A stretch of DNA of 20,000 nucleotides from an uncultured Ignavibacteriales bacterium (lineage in GTDB: Bacteria; Zixibacteria; MSB-5A5; GN15; JAAZOE01): the NCBI GenBank assembly GCA_964611355.1, contig CAZSYD010000001.1, positions 110,851 to 130,850 on the forward strand, read 5' to 3'. Below are positions 1-9,162 of the stretch, in pieces. The translations under genes and the position numbers were made by a program. The notes beneath the pieces were generated by a model. It was not told the origin of the DNA and made no database searches. It saw nothing but the letters and a program-made list of their open reading frames with translations. The number at the start of each line of letters is the position of its first letter. Position 1 is the stretch's first letter.

Positions 1-282
1 GAATATCCAGAGGTAGAGCATGTTGCCGCCGAGGTGCACCAGATCGCCGTGAATAAACATCGACGAAAACGGCGACAGCAGCACCGGAAACGGAATATCC
101 GGAGTCATATCCCTGAAATGGATAACCTCGATGGGAATAAGACCGAATTGATAGACAAACAACTGCGCCATCTTATAAGGCAGAGTCATCTGGTAGAAAT
201 GAATCAGGCAGTTGACGGCGATAAGTCCGATCGTGAATATCGGTATGCACCGGGTTGGGTTGTCGTTTTTGAGCGGCAGCAT
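1..282 (-). CDS. Rhomboid-family intramembrane serine protease, N-terminal part (runs off the left edge)
   Basis: Not in the ORF track. Manual translation from ATG 282 gives MLPLKNDNPTRCIPIFTIGLIAVNCLIHFYQ...FGLIP...SPFSSMFIHGDLVHLGGNMLYLWIF. The 'PLKxDNP' start and 'SMFxHGxxxHLxGNMLYLWIF' motif are typical of rhomboids. The catalytic GxSG and His lie outside the window. Confidence 0.9.
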   Translation of the reverse strand, partial: MLPLKNDNPTRCIPIFTIGLIAVNCLIHFYQMTLPYKMAQLFVYQFGLIPIEVIHFRDMTPDIPFPVLLSPFSSMFIHGDLVHLGGNMLYLWIF

Positions 283-302
283 CTGATTATTCCATTTTGT
301 TC

Positions 303-331
303 ATTATACGTATAGAGCAGCGTCAAGTCTA
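303..331 (-). promoter_or_regulatory. Putative sigma70 promoter for the rhomboid gene
   Basis: Minus strand TAGACT (331-326), 17-nt spacer, TATAAT (308-303), about 20 nt before ATG 282 and just downstream of the ppiD terminator. Confidence 0.5.
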
Positions 332-337
332 TACCAA

Positions 338-370
338 TAAAAAACCCCAAAAAGGTTTTGGGGTTTTTTA
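338..370. terminator. Intrinsic terminator after ppiD (symmetrical, possibly bidirectional)
   Basis: Perfect inverted repeat TAAAAAACCCCAAAA-agg-TTTTGGGGTTTTTTA with T-tracts on both strands, about 20 nt past the ppiD stop at 390. Confidence 0.75.
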
Positions 371-389
371 CGATAATTATGAATAATCG

Positions 390-2198
390 TTATCGGGCGG
401 TGAAAATCTCATCCAGATAGTCTTCAATTTCAGTCGATTCGACCAGATCGATAAACCAGACGTTGAAAACTTCCCGCTGCTTCGTGGTGAGGATGATTTG
501 CTCCAGCGAATCGCGGACGTCGCCGTAACCGGCAAGATCGGCGCTCTGGCGCTCCAAAAGCTTGATGATCGCCCATCCCTGGCTGTATCCGAAAGGTTCG
601 CCGATATCGCCCGGGTTATGGAGAGAGAAAATGGCGCCCAGAACTTCCGGATCGCGGCCGATCGTTGGAATATAGCTCTGGCGATTTACTTCGCCGGTTT
701 TTATCATATCATACCCGGCGTTTTTGGCCGCCTTTTCAAACTTCGCGCCTTCTTTTATTTTCGCGTGAATTTTATCTATTTCCTGCTCGCACATCTGCAG
801 GGCGATTTCATCGATCAAGTCGCCCTCGGCACGGTCTCCGGCTTCCTCGAATGACGAAATGCCGGCGGGAACCCTCTCCGCCACTTTCGCGATCACGATG
901 GCGGCATCGGTATCGAGTATCGGGGAGATAGTCCCGACTTTGTTTTTAAATGCGAATTCGCTGATCCGTTTGTTGAAGCCGATCTTCGGGATAGGGGTGT
1001 TTTTGGTGAACAGGCCGGTATTCTCCGTAGTCAGCCCGGCTTTTTCCGCAGCGCCCGCCAGGTCGGAACCGGAAACCTCGTCGAGTATCTTATTGGCATT
1101 GCGATAAGCCATGTCAAGAGTTTCATTGGAGGTATGAATCTTCAGAAGAATATGGCTGGCCTTGACCTGTTCTCCGTCTTTATCCTTTTTCTTGTCATCA
1201 ACTTTAATAATATGCCATCCGAACTCGGTACGAACCGGCTCTGATACTTCACCTATGTCAAGGGCAAAGGCGGCTTCCTCGAATTCTTTAACCATATGAC
1301 CTTTGCCGAACCAGCCCAGATCCCCGCCGCTTTTGGCCGTCGCATCCTCGGAATAAGCCTGGGCCAGTTCGGTAAAATCATCGCCCTCGTCGATTTTAGC
1401 CTTAATCAATTCCGCTTCGGTTTTGATTCTTTCCCAGTCCTCTTCCGTCGGGTCCTTGGAGAAGATAACGCATTCCAGCGCCGCTCTTTCTCCGATCTTG
1501 TATTTATCTTTATGGCTTTCATAGTAGCCGCGAATTTCTTCCTCGGAGACATCCGGTCCCGGTTCGGAATATCTGGTAATGGGAACATTTATGATTTGCG
1601 CCGAGGCTTTTTCCTGGGATTTTAGATAAAAATCCCGGATTTCATCTTCGCCGACTCGAATTGTTGACATGATCTCCTGTTGCAGTTTGAACTTTCGCAG
1701 CTCGGGACGATATAGGGCCTCAACCGAAGCCCAGAACTGGATCATTTGAGGGTTGGGATCGACCATGGCCGACATATATTTTTCATAGTCAAACTTGCCG
1801 TCGGTCTGGAAAGCCTGGTGCTGCTGAAGATCTGCAGGCGGCTGATACCGCAGGAAACTGACCATCTCATCGTCGGTGACTTTTATATGACGTTTTTTGA
1901 TTTCCCGGTCAAGCAGGTTCTGGGCGACCAGGTTGTCCCAGGCCTGGATACGAATCCCGCGAATTGCGGCGTCATCCAGATCCATTTCGGTTCGAGCCTG
2001 TTCACTCTTATAAAGTCTATCATAGTAGTCTTGGTAGGTTTGATAATTGATATCTTTACCGTCGATCGTCCCGACGATATTTTTCTGCGCCTTGGATCGG
2101 GTAACATCCATTCCCCAGGCGAAAATAATCGTCCCCACAAACGCAACAACGACTACCCATATGACAACCTTCGTAAATTTGCGAAAAGTACTCAGCAT
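390..2198 (-). CDS. ppiD: PpiD/SurA-family membrane-anchored periplasmic chaperone with parvulin PPIase domain(s), 602 aa
   Basis: N-terminal TM anchor (VVIWVVVVAFVGTIIFAWG), SurA_N-like region (VGTIDGKDI...F.TDGKFDYEKY), parvulin signature YSED...GGDLGWF...MVKEFEEAAF...SEPVRTEFGWHIIKV. SD-like AGAGGAG upstream. Confidence 0.88.
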   Translation of the reverse strand: MLSTFRKFTKVVIWVVVVAFVGTIIFAWGMDVTRSKAQKNIVGTIDGKDINYQTYQDYYDRLYKSEQARTEMDLDDAAIRGIRIQAWDNLVAQNLLDREIKKRHIKVTDDEMVSFLRYQPPADLQQHQAFQTDGKFDYEKYMSAMVDPNPQMIQFWASVEALYRPELRKFKLQQEIMSTIRVGEDEIRDFYLKSQEKASAQIINVPITRYSEPGPDVSEEEIRGYYESHKDKYKIGERAALECVIFSKDPTEEDWERIKTEAELIKAKIDEGDDFTELAQAYSEDATAKSGGDLGWFGKGHMVKEFEEAAFALDIGEVSEPVRTEFGWHIIKVDDKKKDKDGEQVKASHILLKIHTSNETLDMAYRNANKILDEVSGSDLAGAAEKAGLTTENTGLFTKNTPIPKIGFNKRISEFAFKNKVGTISPILDTDAAIVIAKVAERVPAGISSFEEAGDRAEGDLIDEIALQMCEQEIDKIHAKIKEGAKFEKAAKNAGYDMIKTGEVNRQSYIPTIGRDPEVLGAIFSLHNPGDIGEPFGYSQGWAIIKLLERQSADLAGYGDVRDSLEQIILTTKQREVFNVWFIDLVESTEIEDYLDEIFTAR

Positions 2199-2297
2199 TT
2201 TATTGCCACTCCTCTAAAGTCTCCTGCTATCGTAAGATTTAGGATAGCGAAACCAAGCGGACCGTCCGGGCAATTCCATCAGGCCATTCAGCGAAAT

Positions 2298-2325
2298 AAT
2301 ATACCCAAATCTCCGAAGTTGGCAA
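2298..2325 (-). promoter_or_regulatory. Putative sigma70 promoter for ppiD
   Basis: Minus strand TTGCCA (2325-2320), 16-nt spacer, TATATT (2303-2298) in the divergent intergenic region. Confidence 0.4.
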
Positions 2326-2370
2326 GTCCTTTTTATCTTCTTTGCCGCCAACAGGTTCCAAAAAATGATT

Positions 2371-2398
2371 TTGACCCGGTGGTAATATATGTTACTTT
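2371..2398 (+). promoter_or_regulatory. Putative sigma70 promoter with extended -10 for the M23 operon
   Basis: TTGACC (2371-2376), 16-nt spacer ending in TGt, TACTTT (2393-2398). Confidence 0.45.
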
Positions 2399-2405
2399 AA
2401 CTGCC

Positions 2406-4679
2406 GTGCGGTTTTTTTGCTTTATATCGGTTGTTCTTATCAATCTGTGCAGTCTTTCCGTGGCGACGGATAAGGCCGACTTTGACGCTTCCTACTTCTG
2501 GCCGCTGACGATTTCCAAACGCTTATCTTCCGGCTTTGGAGATATCCGGCCCGGCCGATTTCATATGGGTATTGATCTGCGTACCAACGCAAAGGAAGGA
2601 TATAAAGTTTATGCTCCCGAGGACGGCTATGTCTGGCGGATAAAAACATCGTACAGGGGATACGGCAAAGGTCTCTATATCAAAGGCAGGTCTGGGCGGC
2701 TGTATATTTACGGCCACCTGCAAAAATTTAACCGGGATATCGGAACCTGGCTGAGAGAAAGGCAAATCGAAACTCAGCGGTATTATCAGGATATCTACCC
2801 TGAGGCGGGCAAACTGCCGGTAAAGAGAGGTCGGCTGATTGCCCGAACGGGTCAATCCGGAGCGGGCCCACCGCATCTGCATTTTGAAATCCGCGATAAC
2901 TATAACCGGCCCACCAACCCGCTCTATTATAATAAGACCAAAATCAAGGATATCAAATCACCCACGTTCGAGGCTGTCTGGCTGACATATCTGGAGGAAA
3001 AATCGCTGTTTGACAACGGCGGGCGGGAAATGAAACTGATTCCTGCTTTTGATGGGACACAAGACCGTTATTTGATAAAAGACACGGTTGTCGTAACGGG
3101 CCGGTTTGCTTTCAAAGCGGCCGTAGAGGATTATGTATCATCGGGATCGTTTAAACTCGGGCCGTCGCGGATCAGATTGCATATCGATGATATGCTTTAT
3201 CACGAAATCGAATACGACCGGATCGATTATGCCGAAAACCATTTTGTCCTGCTCGACCGTGATTTTGATCCGGACAAGAAGGATTATAAGCGGATATATA
3301 ATCTTTACCGGAAAGAAGGCAATAACTTTTCCAACTACCGGTCGGATATCGCCGGCGACGGCTCGTTCTCTGCCGCCGAAAACGGTTATCATAACGTCCT
3401 GATAGAAACATCCGATCCCTTCGGCAACACCAGTCGGCTGGAGTTTATCTTTTACTATCTTGCCAACGATCGCATACTAACGCCGATGAACAAGGCGCGG
3501 ATTGACGACTCCCTGGCGGTTTTGATATTTGCGGAGGAAAAATATCGAGCCCCGTTCGATACGGTCGCGCTATTTTCATCCGGCAACGATTCCACCCGCG
3601 TGGCTCTTTACCCGGAGATTGAAATTGCAACTGACCGCATTATCCTGCGCGGCGATTTTATCCATTGGCGGGATTATCAACTGGTATTCAAACAAAACGG
3701 CGTTACTTACCCGACTTATCATTTTTCCGCGAATACGACTGCACCACAGGGAGGGAAAGTCGTCGATTCGGTTTCGTACGAAATTATCGATGACGGCGTT
3801 CTCTTTACTGCTCATAGTGCGCAGCCCGGCATCAACTGGCTTCTGGGTGAGATAGTCACCAGCGATGGGGGCGAGAGACTTTTTTATCGCAAAACCGGAA
3901 ATAATCGGTTCTCGATGTTTTATCAGCCGGGAGAAACAATCGACGATATCGAAAAGATAATCACCCGCGGGCCGATCGGCTTCCGGCCCGATACTCTTTC
4001 GGTTGATATATACCGGGTGCGTGTCGGCGAGGAGATACTTATTCAATTAACCCCGGAAATCGGCTTATTTTTCGAAGCGGAAGATTTATTCAACGATGCT
4101 CTGCTCCATCTTCGAGACACGGTAATGGCGTCTCCGCAGACCGGATATTTCGTCCACGGGCCTTTTGTGCTTGAGCCGATATCTTATGCTTTCGCCGACT
4201 GGGCCGACCTGCAAACCATACCGGACGAAACAAGAAGCCCTTCCAAGGCCGGCCTGTACGTATATGACGACGAAAACGGCTGGCGATGGGCTGTTAGTGA
4301 ATATGATACGGAGACAAATATCCTGCATTCCCGGCTGGGTGGCGGAGGGGTCATCGCCGTTATTGCCGATACGACGGCACCGGTAATATCCGGGTTGAAC
4401 ATCGAAGAAAAAGACCATATAAAAATCAGTCGTCCGCTTATACGCTTTGTATTGACCGATGAGCTTTCCGGTGTTGAGAACGACCTGAACTTCAATGTAA
4501 CTATTGACGGCAAATGGATTGTGCCTGAGTATGATCTCGATATAGGTTTGTTTATCAGTAAGCCTCACTGGCAACTGCACGGCGGGAAGCATATATTGAA
4601 TATTGAAGTGGTCGATCGTTGCTGCAATAAGGCAACGGTAACGCGCAAATTTTATATAGGGGCGAAAACCGGCCCGTAA
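2406..4679 (+). CDS. M23-family zinc metallopeptidase with long C-terminal extension, about 757 aa (start revised from 1746 to GTG 2406)
   Basis: M23 motifs HMGID (HxxxD), YGHL and GPPHLHFEIRD (HxH). GTG 2406 gives a signal-peptide-like N-terminus (MRFFCFISVVLINLCSLSVA). C-terminal DTTAPVI segment looks Ig-like. The 1746-2405 extension overlaps ppiD on the opposite strand. Confidence 0.88.
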   Translation: MRFFCFISVVLINLCSLSVATDKADFDASYFWPLTISKRLSSGFGDIRPGRFHMGIDLRTNAKEGYKVYAPEDGYVWRIKTSYRGYGKGLYIKGRSGRLYIYGHLQKFNRDIGTWLRERQIETQRYYQDIYPEAGKLPVKRGRLIARTGQSGAGPPHLHFEIRDNYNRPTNPLYYNKTKIKDIKSPTFEAVWLTYLEEKSLFDNGGREMKLIPAFDGTQDRYLIKDTVVVTGRFAFKAAVEDYVSSGSFKLGPSRIRLHIDDMLYHEIEYDRIDYAENHFVLLDRDFDPDKKDYKRIYNLYRKEGNNFSNYRSDIAGDGSFSAAENGYHNVLIETSDPFGNTSRLEFIFYYLANDRILTPMNKARIDDSLAVLIFAEEKYRAPFDTVALFSSGNDSTRVALYPEIEIATDRIILRGDFIHWRDYQLVFKQNGVTYPTYHFSANTTAPQGGKVVDSVSYEIIDDGVLFTAHSAQPGINWLLGEIVTSDGGERLFYRKTGNNRFSMFYQPGETIDDIEKIITRGPIGFRPDTLSVDIYRVRVGEEILIQLTPEIGLFFEAEDLFNDALLHLRDTVMASPQTGYFVHGPFVLEPISYAFADWADLQTIPDETRSPSKAGLYVYDDENGWRWAVSEYDTETNILHSRLGGGGVIAVIADTTAPVISGLNIEEKDHIKISRPLIRFVLTDELSGVENDLNFNVTIDGKWIVPEYDLDIGLFISKPHWQLHGGKHILNIEVVDRCCNKATVTRKFYIGAKTGP

Positions 4680-4682
4680 CCC

Positions 4683-5597
4683 GTGAAACGATTTATTCTC
4701 ATATTTTTTCTTGTGTGTCCGGCGGCTTCCGCGAATCCGGATTATCGGATATTTGCCGATATCCCGGAAGACGCCGCCTACGCCGATTCGGTTATTCGAG
4801 TTACCGCCGCTCGGATTGAATCGCTTATCGGGCCGATCAGGATAGATTCGCTCGATATTTTTATTGTAACATCGCACGAACGGTTTTATTCCCTGGCCGG
4901 CAATTCGGTTCCCGACTGGGGCATCGGCGTAGCTATTCCGTACCGGCACCGCATTGTTATCAAATCGCCTCTTATCACACGCGGCGATAAATCACTCGGC
5001 GAGTTGACCGCTCATGAGTTCTCGCATATTGCCCTGGCGACGGCGCTCGGGTTTCAGCAGGCTCCCCGCTGGCTCGATGAAGGTATGGCGATGTATTTTT
5101 CCGCAGAGTGGGGCTGGGGGGATAATCTGGCCGTAAGCTGGGCTGTTGTTTTCGGAGGTATTATTCCGCTTGCCAAGATCGAGCATCTCAACCGTTTTGA
5201 GGGCGATATGGTGCGGGTGGCTTATTCCCAGTCGTACCTGGCCTTTAGGTATTTCCTGGACACTTATGGAAAATCAGGCTTAAATATACTCTTGCAGAAT
5301 ATAAGGGCTGGCCACCGCCTCGATTATGCTTTCATTACCGCCACCGGCGCCGATTATAACGCCTTTGAACAGGAATATTCGGCCCATTTGCATAGGAGAT
5401 ACAATATCGTGGCATTGATTTTCGACAGTAACCTGCTCTGGATAATTATGGCGCTGATCGTTGTCATCGGGTTTGTTCTGACTCGACGGCGAAGAAAAAA
5501 AAGATTCAGGGAATTCGAAGAGCGCGAGAAATACCATTCCACCGATTTTGATTATGGCGAGGTAGAAAAGCCGGATGAAGATAAACCATGGGATTGA
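4683..5597 (+). CDS. Peptidase MA-clan (gluzincin-like) metallopeptidase, exported and C-terminally membrane anchored, 304 aa
   Basis: HEFSH (HExxH) followed by PRWLDEGMAMY (third zinc ligand Glu) and AYSQSY. N-terminal signal peptide and a C-terminal TM helix followed by TRRRRKKR. GTG start 3 nt after the M23 stop. Confidence 0.82.
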   Translation: MKRFILIFFLVCPAASANPDYRIFADIPEDAAYADSVIRVTAARIESLIGPIRIDSLDIFIVTSHERFYSLAGNSVPDWGIGVAIPYRHRIVIKSPLITRGDKSLGELTAHEFSHIALATALGFQQAPRWLDEGMAMYFSAEWGWGDNLAVSWAVVFGGIIPLAKIEHLNRFEGDMVRVAYSQSYLAFRYFLDTYGKSGLNILLQNIRAGHRLDYAFITATGADYNAFEQEYSAHLHRRYNIVALIFDSNLLWIIMALIVVIGFVLTRRRRKKRFREFEEREKYHSTDFDYGEVEKPDEDKPWD

Positions 5598-6495
5598 ATA
5601 CCTGCTTTTTCGCCTGGTGTCCTTGATCTTTCAAATTCTTCCCCACAGGGTGGCGGTCAAATTAGGCGAAAGGCTCGGTCGGGCGACCGGCAACCTCTGG
5701 ACGGCTCGGCACAAGGTCGTCATTCGCAATCTTGAGATCGCTTTTGGTGACAAGATGGCACCGGCCGAGCGGGAAGTTCTATCCCGCGAAATTTTTGGAA
5801 ATATCGGAAAGACCGTAGCCGAAATCTGCCGCTTCCCTAAAATGGGTAAAGAAAAGATATTGCAATTGGTTGACTCCGAGGGAGAGGAAAGTTTTCGGGA
5901 AGTCCTCGATTACGGCAAAGGCGCGATTCTCGTCAGCAGTCATTTTGGCAATTGGGAGCTGATTGGAGCCTATGTCAATACCCTCGGATACCCAATTGAT
6001 TTCATGGTGCGGGGACAGCATAATCGTTATGTTGACAACTACCTGACCTTTTTGCGAGAGTGTTGCGGCGTTGGAGTGATCCATTCCGAGAGAAGCATGA
6101 AAGACGTTGTTCGGGCGCTGAGGAACAATCGCCAGGTGGCTATTGTATCTGATCAGCACGAGGGGTCGCGGGGAATTATTATCAATTTTTTCGGCCGGCC
6201 TGTGTCTGTGCCTCGCGCCCCGGCCACGCTGGCGGTAAAGCTGGGCGCGCCCATGGTAACCGGGCATATCTTCCGCAGGCGCGATAATACACATCACTGC
6301 ATTTTCGACAAACCGGAATATCCCGATTCCAATGCCGATCCGAAAGATGAAATCATTCGCCTGACCCGACTTTTCACGAAACGAATCGAAGATGCGATTC
6401 GAAGAAGGCCGGAGCTTTGGCTCTGGACGCATCGCCGTTTCAAACCTGTTCCCGGCGGGGAACAAATCGAGGGTTCGTACGTAGAATATGACTAA
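5575..6495 (+). CDS. lpxL: Lipid A biosynthesis late acyltransferase (LpxL/HtrB family), 306 aa
   Basis: SHFGNWE catalytic motif, DQ...FFGRP and C-terminal PELWLWTHRRFK motif typical of LpxL/LpxM. Overlaps the upstream gene by 23 nt. Confidence 0.88.
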   Translation: MKINHGIEYLLFRLVSLIFQILPHRVAVKLGERLGRATGNLWTARHKVVIRNLEIAFGDKMAPAEREVLSREIFGNIGKTVAEICRFPKMGKEKILQLVDSEGEESFREVLDYGKGAILVSSHFGNWELIGAYVNTLGYPIDFMVRGQHNRYVDNYLTFLRECCGVGVIHSERSMKDVVRALRNNRQVAIVSDQHEGSRGIIINFFGRPVSVPRAPATLAVKLGAPMVTGHIFRRRDNTHHCIFDKPEYPDSNADPKDEIIRLTRLFTKRIEDAIRRRPELWLWTHRRFKPVPGGEQIEGSYVEYD

Positions 6496-6506
6496 AATGC
6501 CATAGA

Positions 6507-6535
6507 TTGCATGATTTTCACATGCCTGTTATTGT
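6507..6535 (+). promoter_or_regulatory. Putative promoter for the efflux/waaF operon
   Basis: TTGCAT (6507-6512), 17-nt spacer ending in TGt, TATTGT (6530-6535). A short inverted repeat GCATG-N7-CATGC (6509-6525) overlaps it. Confidence 0.3.
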
Positions 6536-6613
6536 TAAAATATTTTTCTTTTTTTGCTTCCGTCGTGCCGACATATTCCACCAATCGAATAGTAAAGGGC
6601 AAGCGAGGTTGAT

Positions 6614-7861
6614 TTGAAAAAGTATATCGTAATAGGGGCGGCCGTCATTGTCTTAATAATAATTCTGGTTCTTGGATTTTCCGGGCCGTCCCGGTCTATA
6701 CCAACGATCCGGGCAAAACGGGGCGGATTTATTATTTCTCTTTCGGAAAACGGCCGCCTTGATGCGCAGCGTTCGGTGACCATCTCGGCCCCGCGCATCC
6801 GGGGAGGTCTGCAGATAGTCAAACTGGCCGAAGAAGGCTCGATCGTTAAAAAAGGCGACTTTCTGGTTCAATTCGATCCGACCGACAAAGAAACCACGCT
6901 TCGTGACGCCGAAGCGGAGCTGAAAATCACCGAAGCCAACCTGGAGCGGGTCAAAGCTCAGTATGAAATGGATCTCAAACAGCTTGAGTTGGAGCTCAAG
7001 AAAGCCGAACGGAACTACAGCGAAAATCTGTCCGAGGCGCCGGTAATTCGAAAGGAAGCGGAACTGACGCTGGAGTTGGCCCGGTTGACTTATAAACAAA
7101 AGAAAGTTATCCTCGAAGCGGATATCAACAAGCAGCAGGTGGAGGTTGAAAAAGCCCGCGACAAGAGAAATCAGGCCGCCCGCGATCTTCAGAATATGAC
7201 CATTACTGCGCCGATTCCCGGACTGGTGGTTTATATGGAGATATGGAAAGGCGGCACCATGGAGAAAGTCCAGGAGGGCGATTCTCCATGGGGCGGGCAG
7301 GGGCTTATCAACCTGCCGGACCTGTCCGTTATGATCGTGGAAACAACCATTTCGGAGGTTGACGTTTCCAAAGTCGAGATTGGCCGGAAGGCTGAACTTA
7401 CGCTCGACGCCATACCGGGTCCGGTCTTTACCGGCACAGTCAGCGAGATCAGCACGCTGGCCCGTCGCAAGGAGAGCGGATCGCAGATAAATGTCTTTGA
7501 TCTTGACGTACTTATAGATTCTGCCGACGCTCGCCTGAAACCGGGCATGTCGGCCAAGGTGGATATTATTATCGACGAGTATGATAATGTCCTGTCGGTG
7601 CCGCTCGAAGCAGTTTTTGAGCGTGACGATACCACGGTGGTCTATGCCAAAAGCGGCAAAAAGATTCCGGTGGCGCTGGGGAAACGCAACGATTATTCGG
7701 TCATAATTACTTCCGGCCTGGAAGAAGGTAGTGAACTGCGTCTTGTGGATCCCATGCGGGAGACTGAGAATTTCACACCTGCCGGCAGCGATGAAACGCA
7801 AAAAACGCAGCCGAGGAAAAGACGCGGCGGCGGCCGTAAAACGGTTATTATCGGTGGATGA
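6614..7861 (+). CDS. MacA-like periplasmic adaptor (membrane fusion protein), 415 aa
   Basis: N-terminal TM helix, lipoyl half-motifs (EEGSIVKKGDFLVQFD; ITAPIPGLVV), long coiled coil, ISEVDVSKV, LKPGMSA and VPLEAV. TTG start with GAGG SD at 6605-6608. Confidence 0.9.
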   Translation: MKKYIVIGAAVIVLIIILVLGFSGPSRSIPTIRAKRGGFIISLSENGRLDAQRSVTISAPRIRGGLQIVKLAEEGSIVKKGDFLVQFDPTDKETTLRDAEAELKITEANLERVKAQYEMDLKQLELELKKAERNYSENLSEAPVIRKEAELTLELARLTYKQKKVILEADINKQQVEVEKARDKRNQAARDLQNMTITAPIPGLVVYMEIWKGGTMEKVQEGDSPWGGQGLINLPDLSVMIVETTISEVDVSKVEIGRKAELTLDAIPGPVFTGTVSEISTLARRKESGSQINVFDLDVLIDSADARLKPGMSAKVDIIIDEYDNVLSVPLEAVFERDDTTVVYAKSGKKIPVALGKRNDYSVIITSGLEEGSELRLVDPMRETENFTPAGSDETQKTQPRKRRGGGRKTVIIGG

Positions 7862-9150
7862 TGGATTACTATCGGATAACGTCGGTATCTCTCGAAGCGC
7901 TCCGGTCGCATAAATTCCGCACCTTTCTGACCATGCTGGGCATTATTTTCGGCGTGGCGGCGGTTATCGCCATGCTCTCCATCGGTGAAGGGGCCCGGCA
8001 GGATGCGCTGGAACAGATCGAACTTCTGGGCGTCCGAAATATTATCGTCGAAGGAGCTATTCCTTCCGAAGGAAGCGGATCCGATGTAGTGGGGGGAAGA
8101 AGCCCGGGGCTTACTCTGAGGGATGCCGATAACCTGGAGGTTTTTAACGATCTTTTTTCTCGTGTTGTAAGCTGTCATATTACTGACGGTGAAAAGGTGT
8201 ATTACGCCGATGCCGAAAGCAACGCCCGGATTGTCGGTACCACGCCGCCGTACCTGTCCGCAATGAATCTTTCCATGCATGACGGTTCCTTCCTGCGCGG
8301 CGAAGATATCTGCGACTACAGCGACGTCTGTGTTGTCAGCGCCGATTTTAAGCGGAATCTGTTTTCCTTTGCCGATCCGATCGGAAAAATGATTCGTATT
8401 CAGGACACCTATTTTACCGTTATCGGGGTTGTCGAGGAAAAGTTTGTGGCCGCTTCAAGGGTCGAAGGGGTCGAGATCAGCAACGTCAACGAAAACATCT
8501 ATATTCCCCTTACTACGGCCATCAAAAAAATTCATCGCAATGCCGATTACGCCGCTACCCGTTCAGGCGAAGGAGATGCCGCCCGTTACAGATTCAATAT
8601 GGACGAGGTGGATCAGATAATACTCCAGGTCCGCGACGGGCAGGATATTCCAACGGTGGCGTCATTTGTCAGGCGGGTTATGGAACGCCGCCACCGGGGT
8701 ATCCCCGATTACAACGTTATCGTTCCCGAGGCGCTTCTGGCCCAGAGTCAGAAAACCCAGCGGATTTTTAACATCGTCATGGGCGCTATCGCGGGTATTT
8801 CGCTTTTGGTGGGCGGAATAGGGATCATGAACATCATGCTGGCCTCGGTTCTGGAACGAACGCACGAGATCGGCATTCGGCGGGCAGTCGGGGCCAGCCG
8901 TAAAGATATCATGAGTCAATTCCTGATCGAATCGGTAACGATTTGCCTTATCGGTTGTTTTTTCGGCGTATTTTGCGGCCTGGTTCTGGCCATGACAATC
9001 TCGGCCTACGCCGACTGGCGAACGATTATTTCAATTTTTTCGATTTTTCTTTCGGTTGGTGTATCGGCCGCGGTGGGAATCATCTTCGGTTTTTTCCCGG
9101 CCCGTAAAGCGGCTATGCTTGATCCGATAGAGGCGCTTCGATACGAATAA
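7858..9150 (+). CDS. MacB/FtsX-family ABC transporter permease (no fused ATPase domain), 430 aa
   Basis: RTFLTMLGIIFGVAAVIAMLSIGEG TM1, large periplasmic domain, IAGISLLVGGIGIMNIMLASVLERTHEIGIRRAVGA and PARKAAMLDPIEALRYE, all MacB permease hallmarks. No Walker A/B motifs. ATGA overlap with the adaptor gene. Confidence 0.93.
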   Translation: MMDYYRITSVSLEALRSHKFRTFLTMLGIIFGVAAVIAMLSIGEGARQDALEQIELLGVRNIIVEGAIPSEGSGSDVVGGRSPGLTLRDADNLEVFNDLFSRVVSCHITDGEKVYYADAESNARIVGTTPPYLSAMNLSMHDGSFLRGEDICDYSDVCVVSADFKRNLFSFADPIGKMIRIQDTYFTVIGVVEEKFVAASRVEGVEISNVNENIYIPLTTAIKKIHRNADYAATRSGEGDAARYRFNMDEVDQIILQVRDGQDIPTVASFVRRVMERRHRGIPDYNVIVPEALLAQSQKTQRIFNIVMGAIAGISLLVGGIGIMNIMLASVLERTHEIGIRRAVGASRKDIMSQFLIESVTICLIGCFFGVFCGLVLAMTISAYADWRTIISIFSIFLSVGVSAAVGIIFGFFPARKAAMLDPIEALRYE

Positions 9151-9162
9151 CCGGGAGTGATT

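Noticed and set aside
34..315. Plus-strand 93-aa ORF
   Set aside because: Antisense shadow of the rhomboid gene, which has clear family motifs on the minus strand.
1746..2405. 220-codon N-terminal extension of the M23 ORF (977-aa call)
   Set aside because: Overlaps ppiD on the opposite strand and crosses the promoter region; the signal peptide and M23 domain only begin at 2406.
4086..4949. Minus-strand 287-aa ORF
   Set aside because: Antisense to two motif-bearing peptidase genes, with no recognisable motif of its own.
6653..7801. Minus-strand 382-aa ORF
   Set aside because: Antisense shadow of the MacA-like gene with no protein-family features.
7795..7861. Basic, Gly-rich C-terminal tail of the adaptor (QPRKRRGGGRKTVIIGG)
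   Set aside because: Low-complexity Arg/Gly tails are common on MacA-type adaptors; no specific function can be supported.
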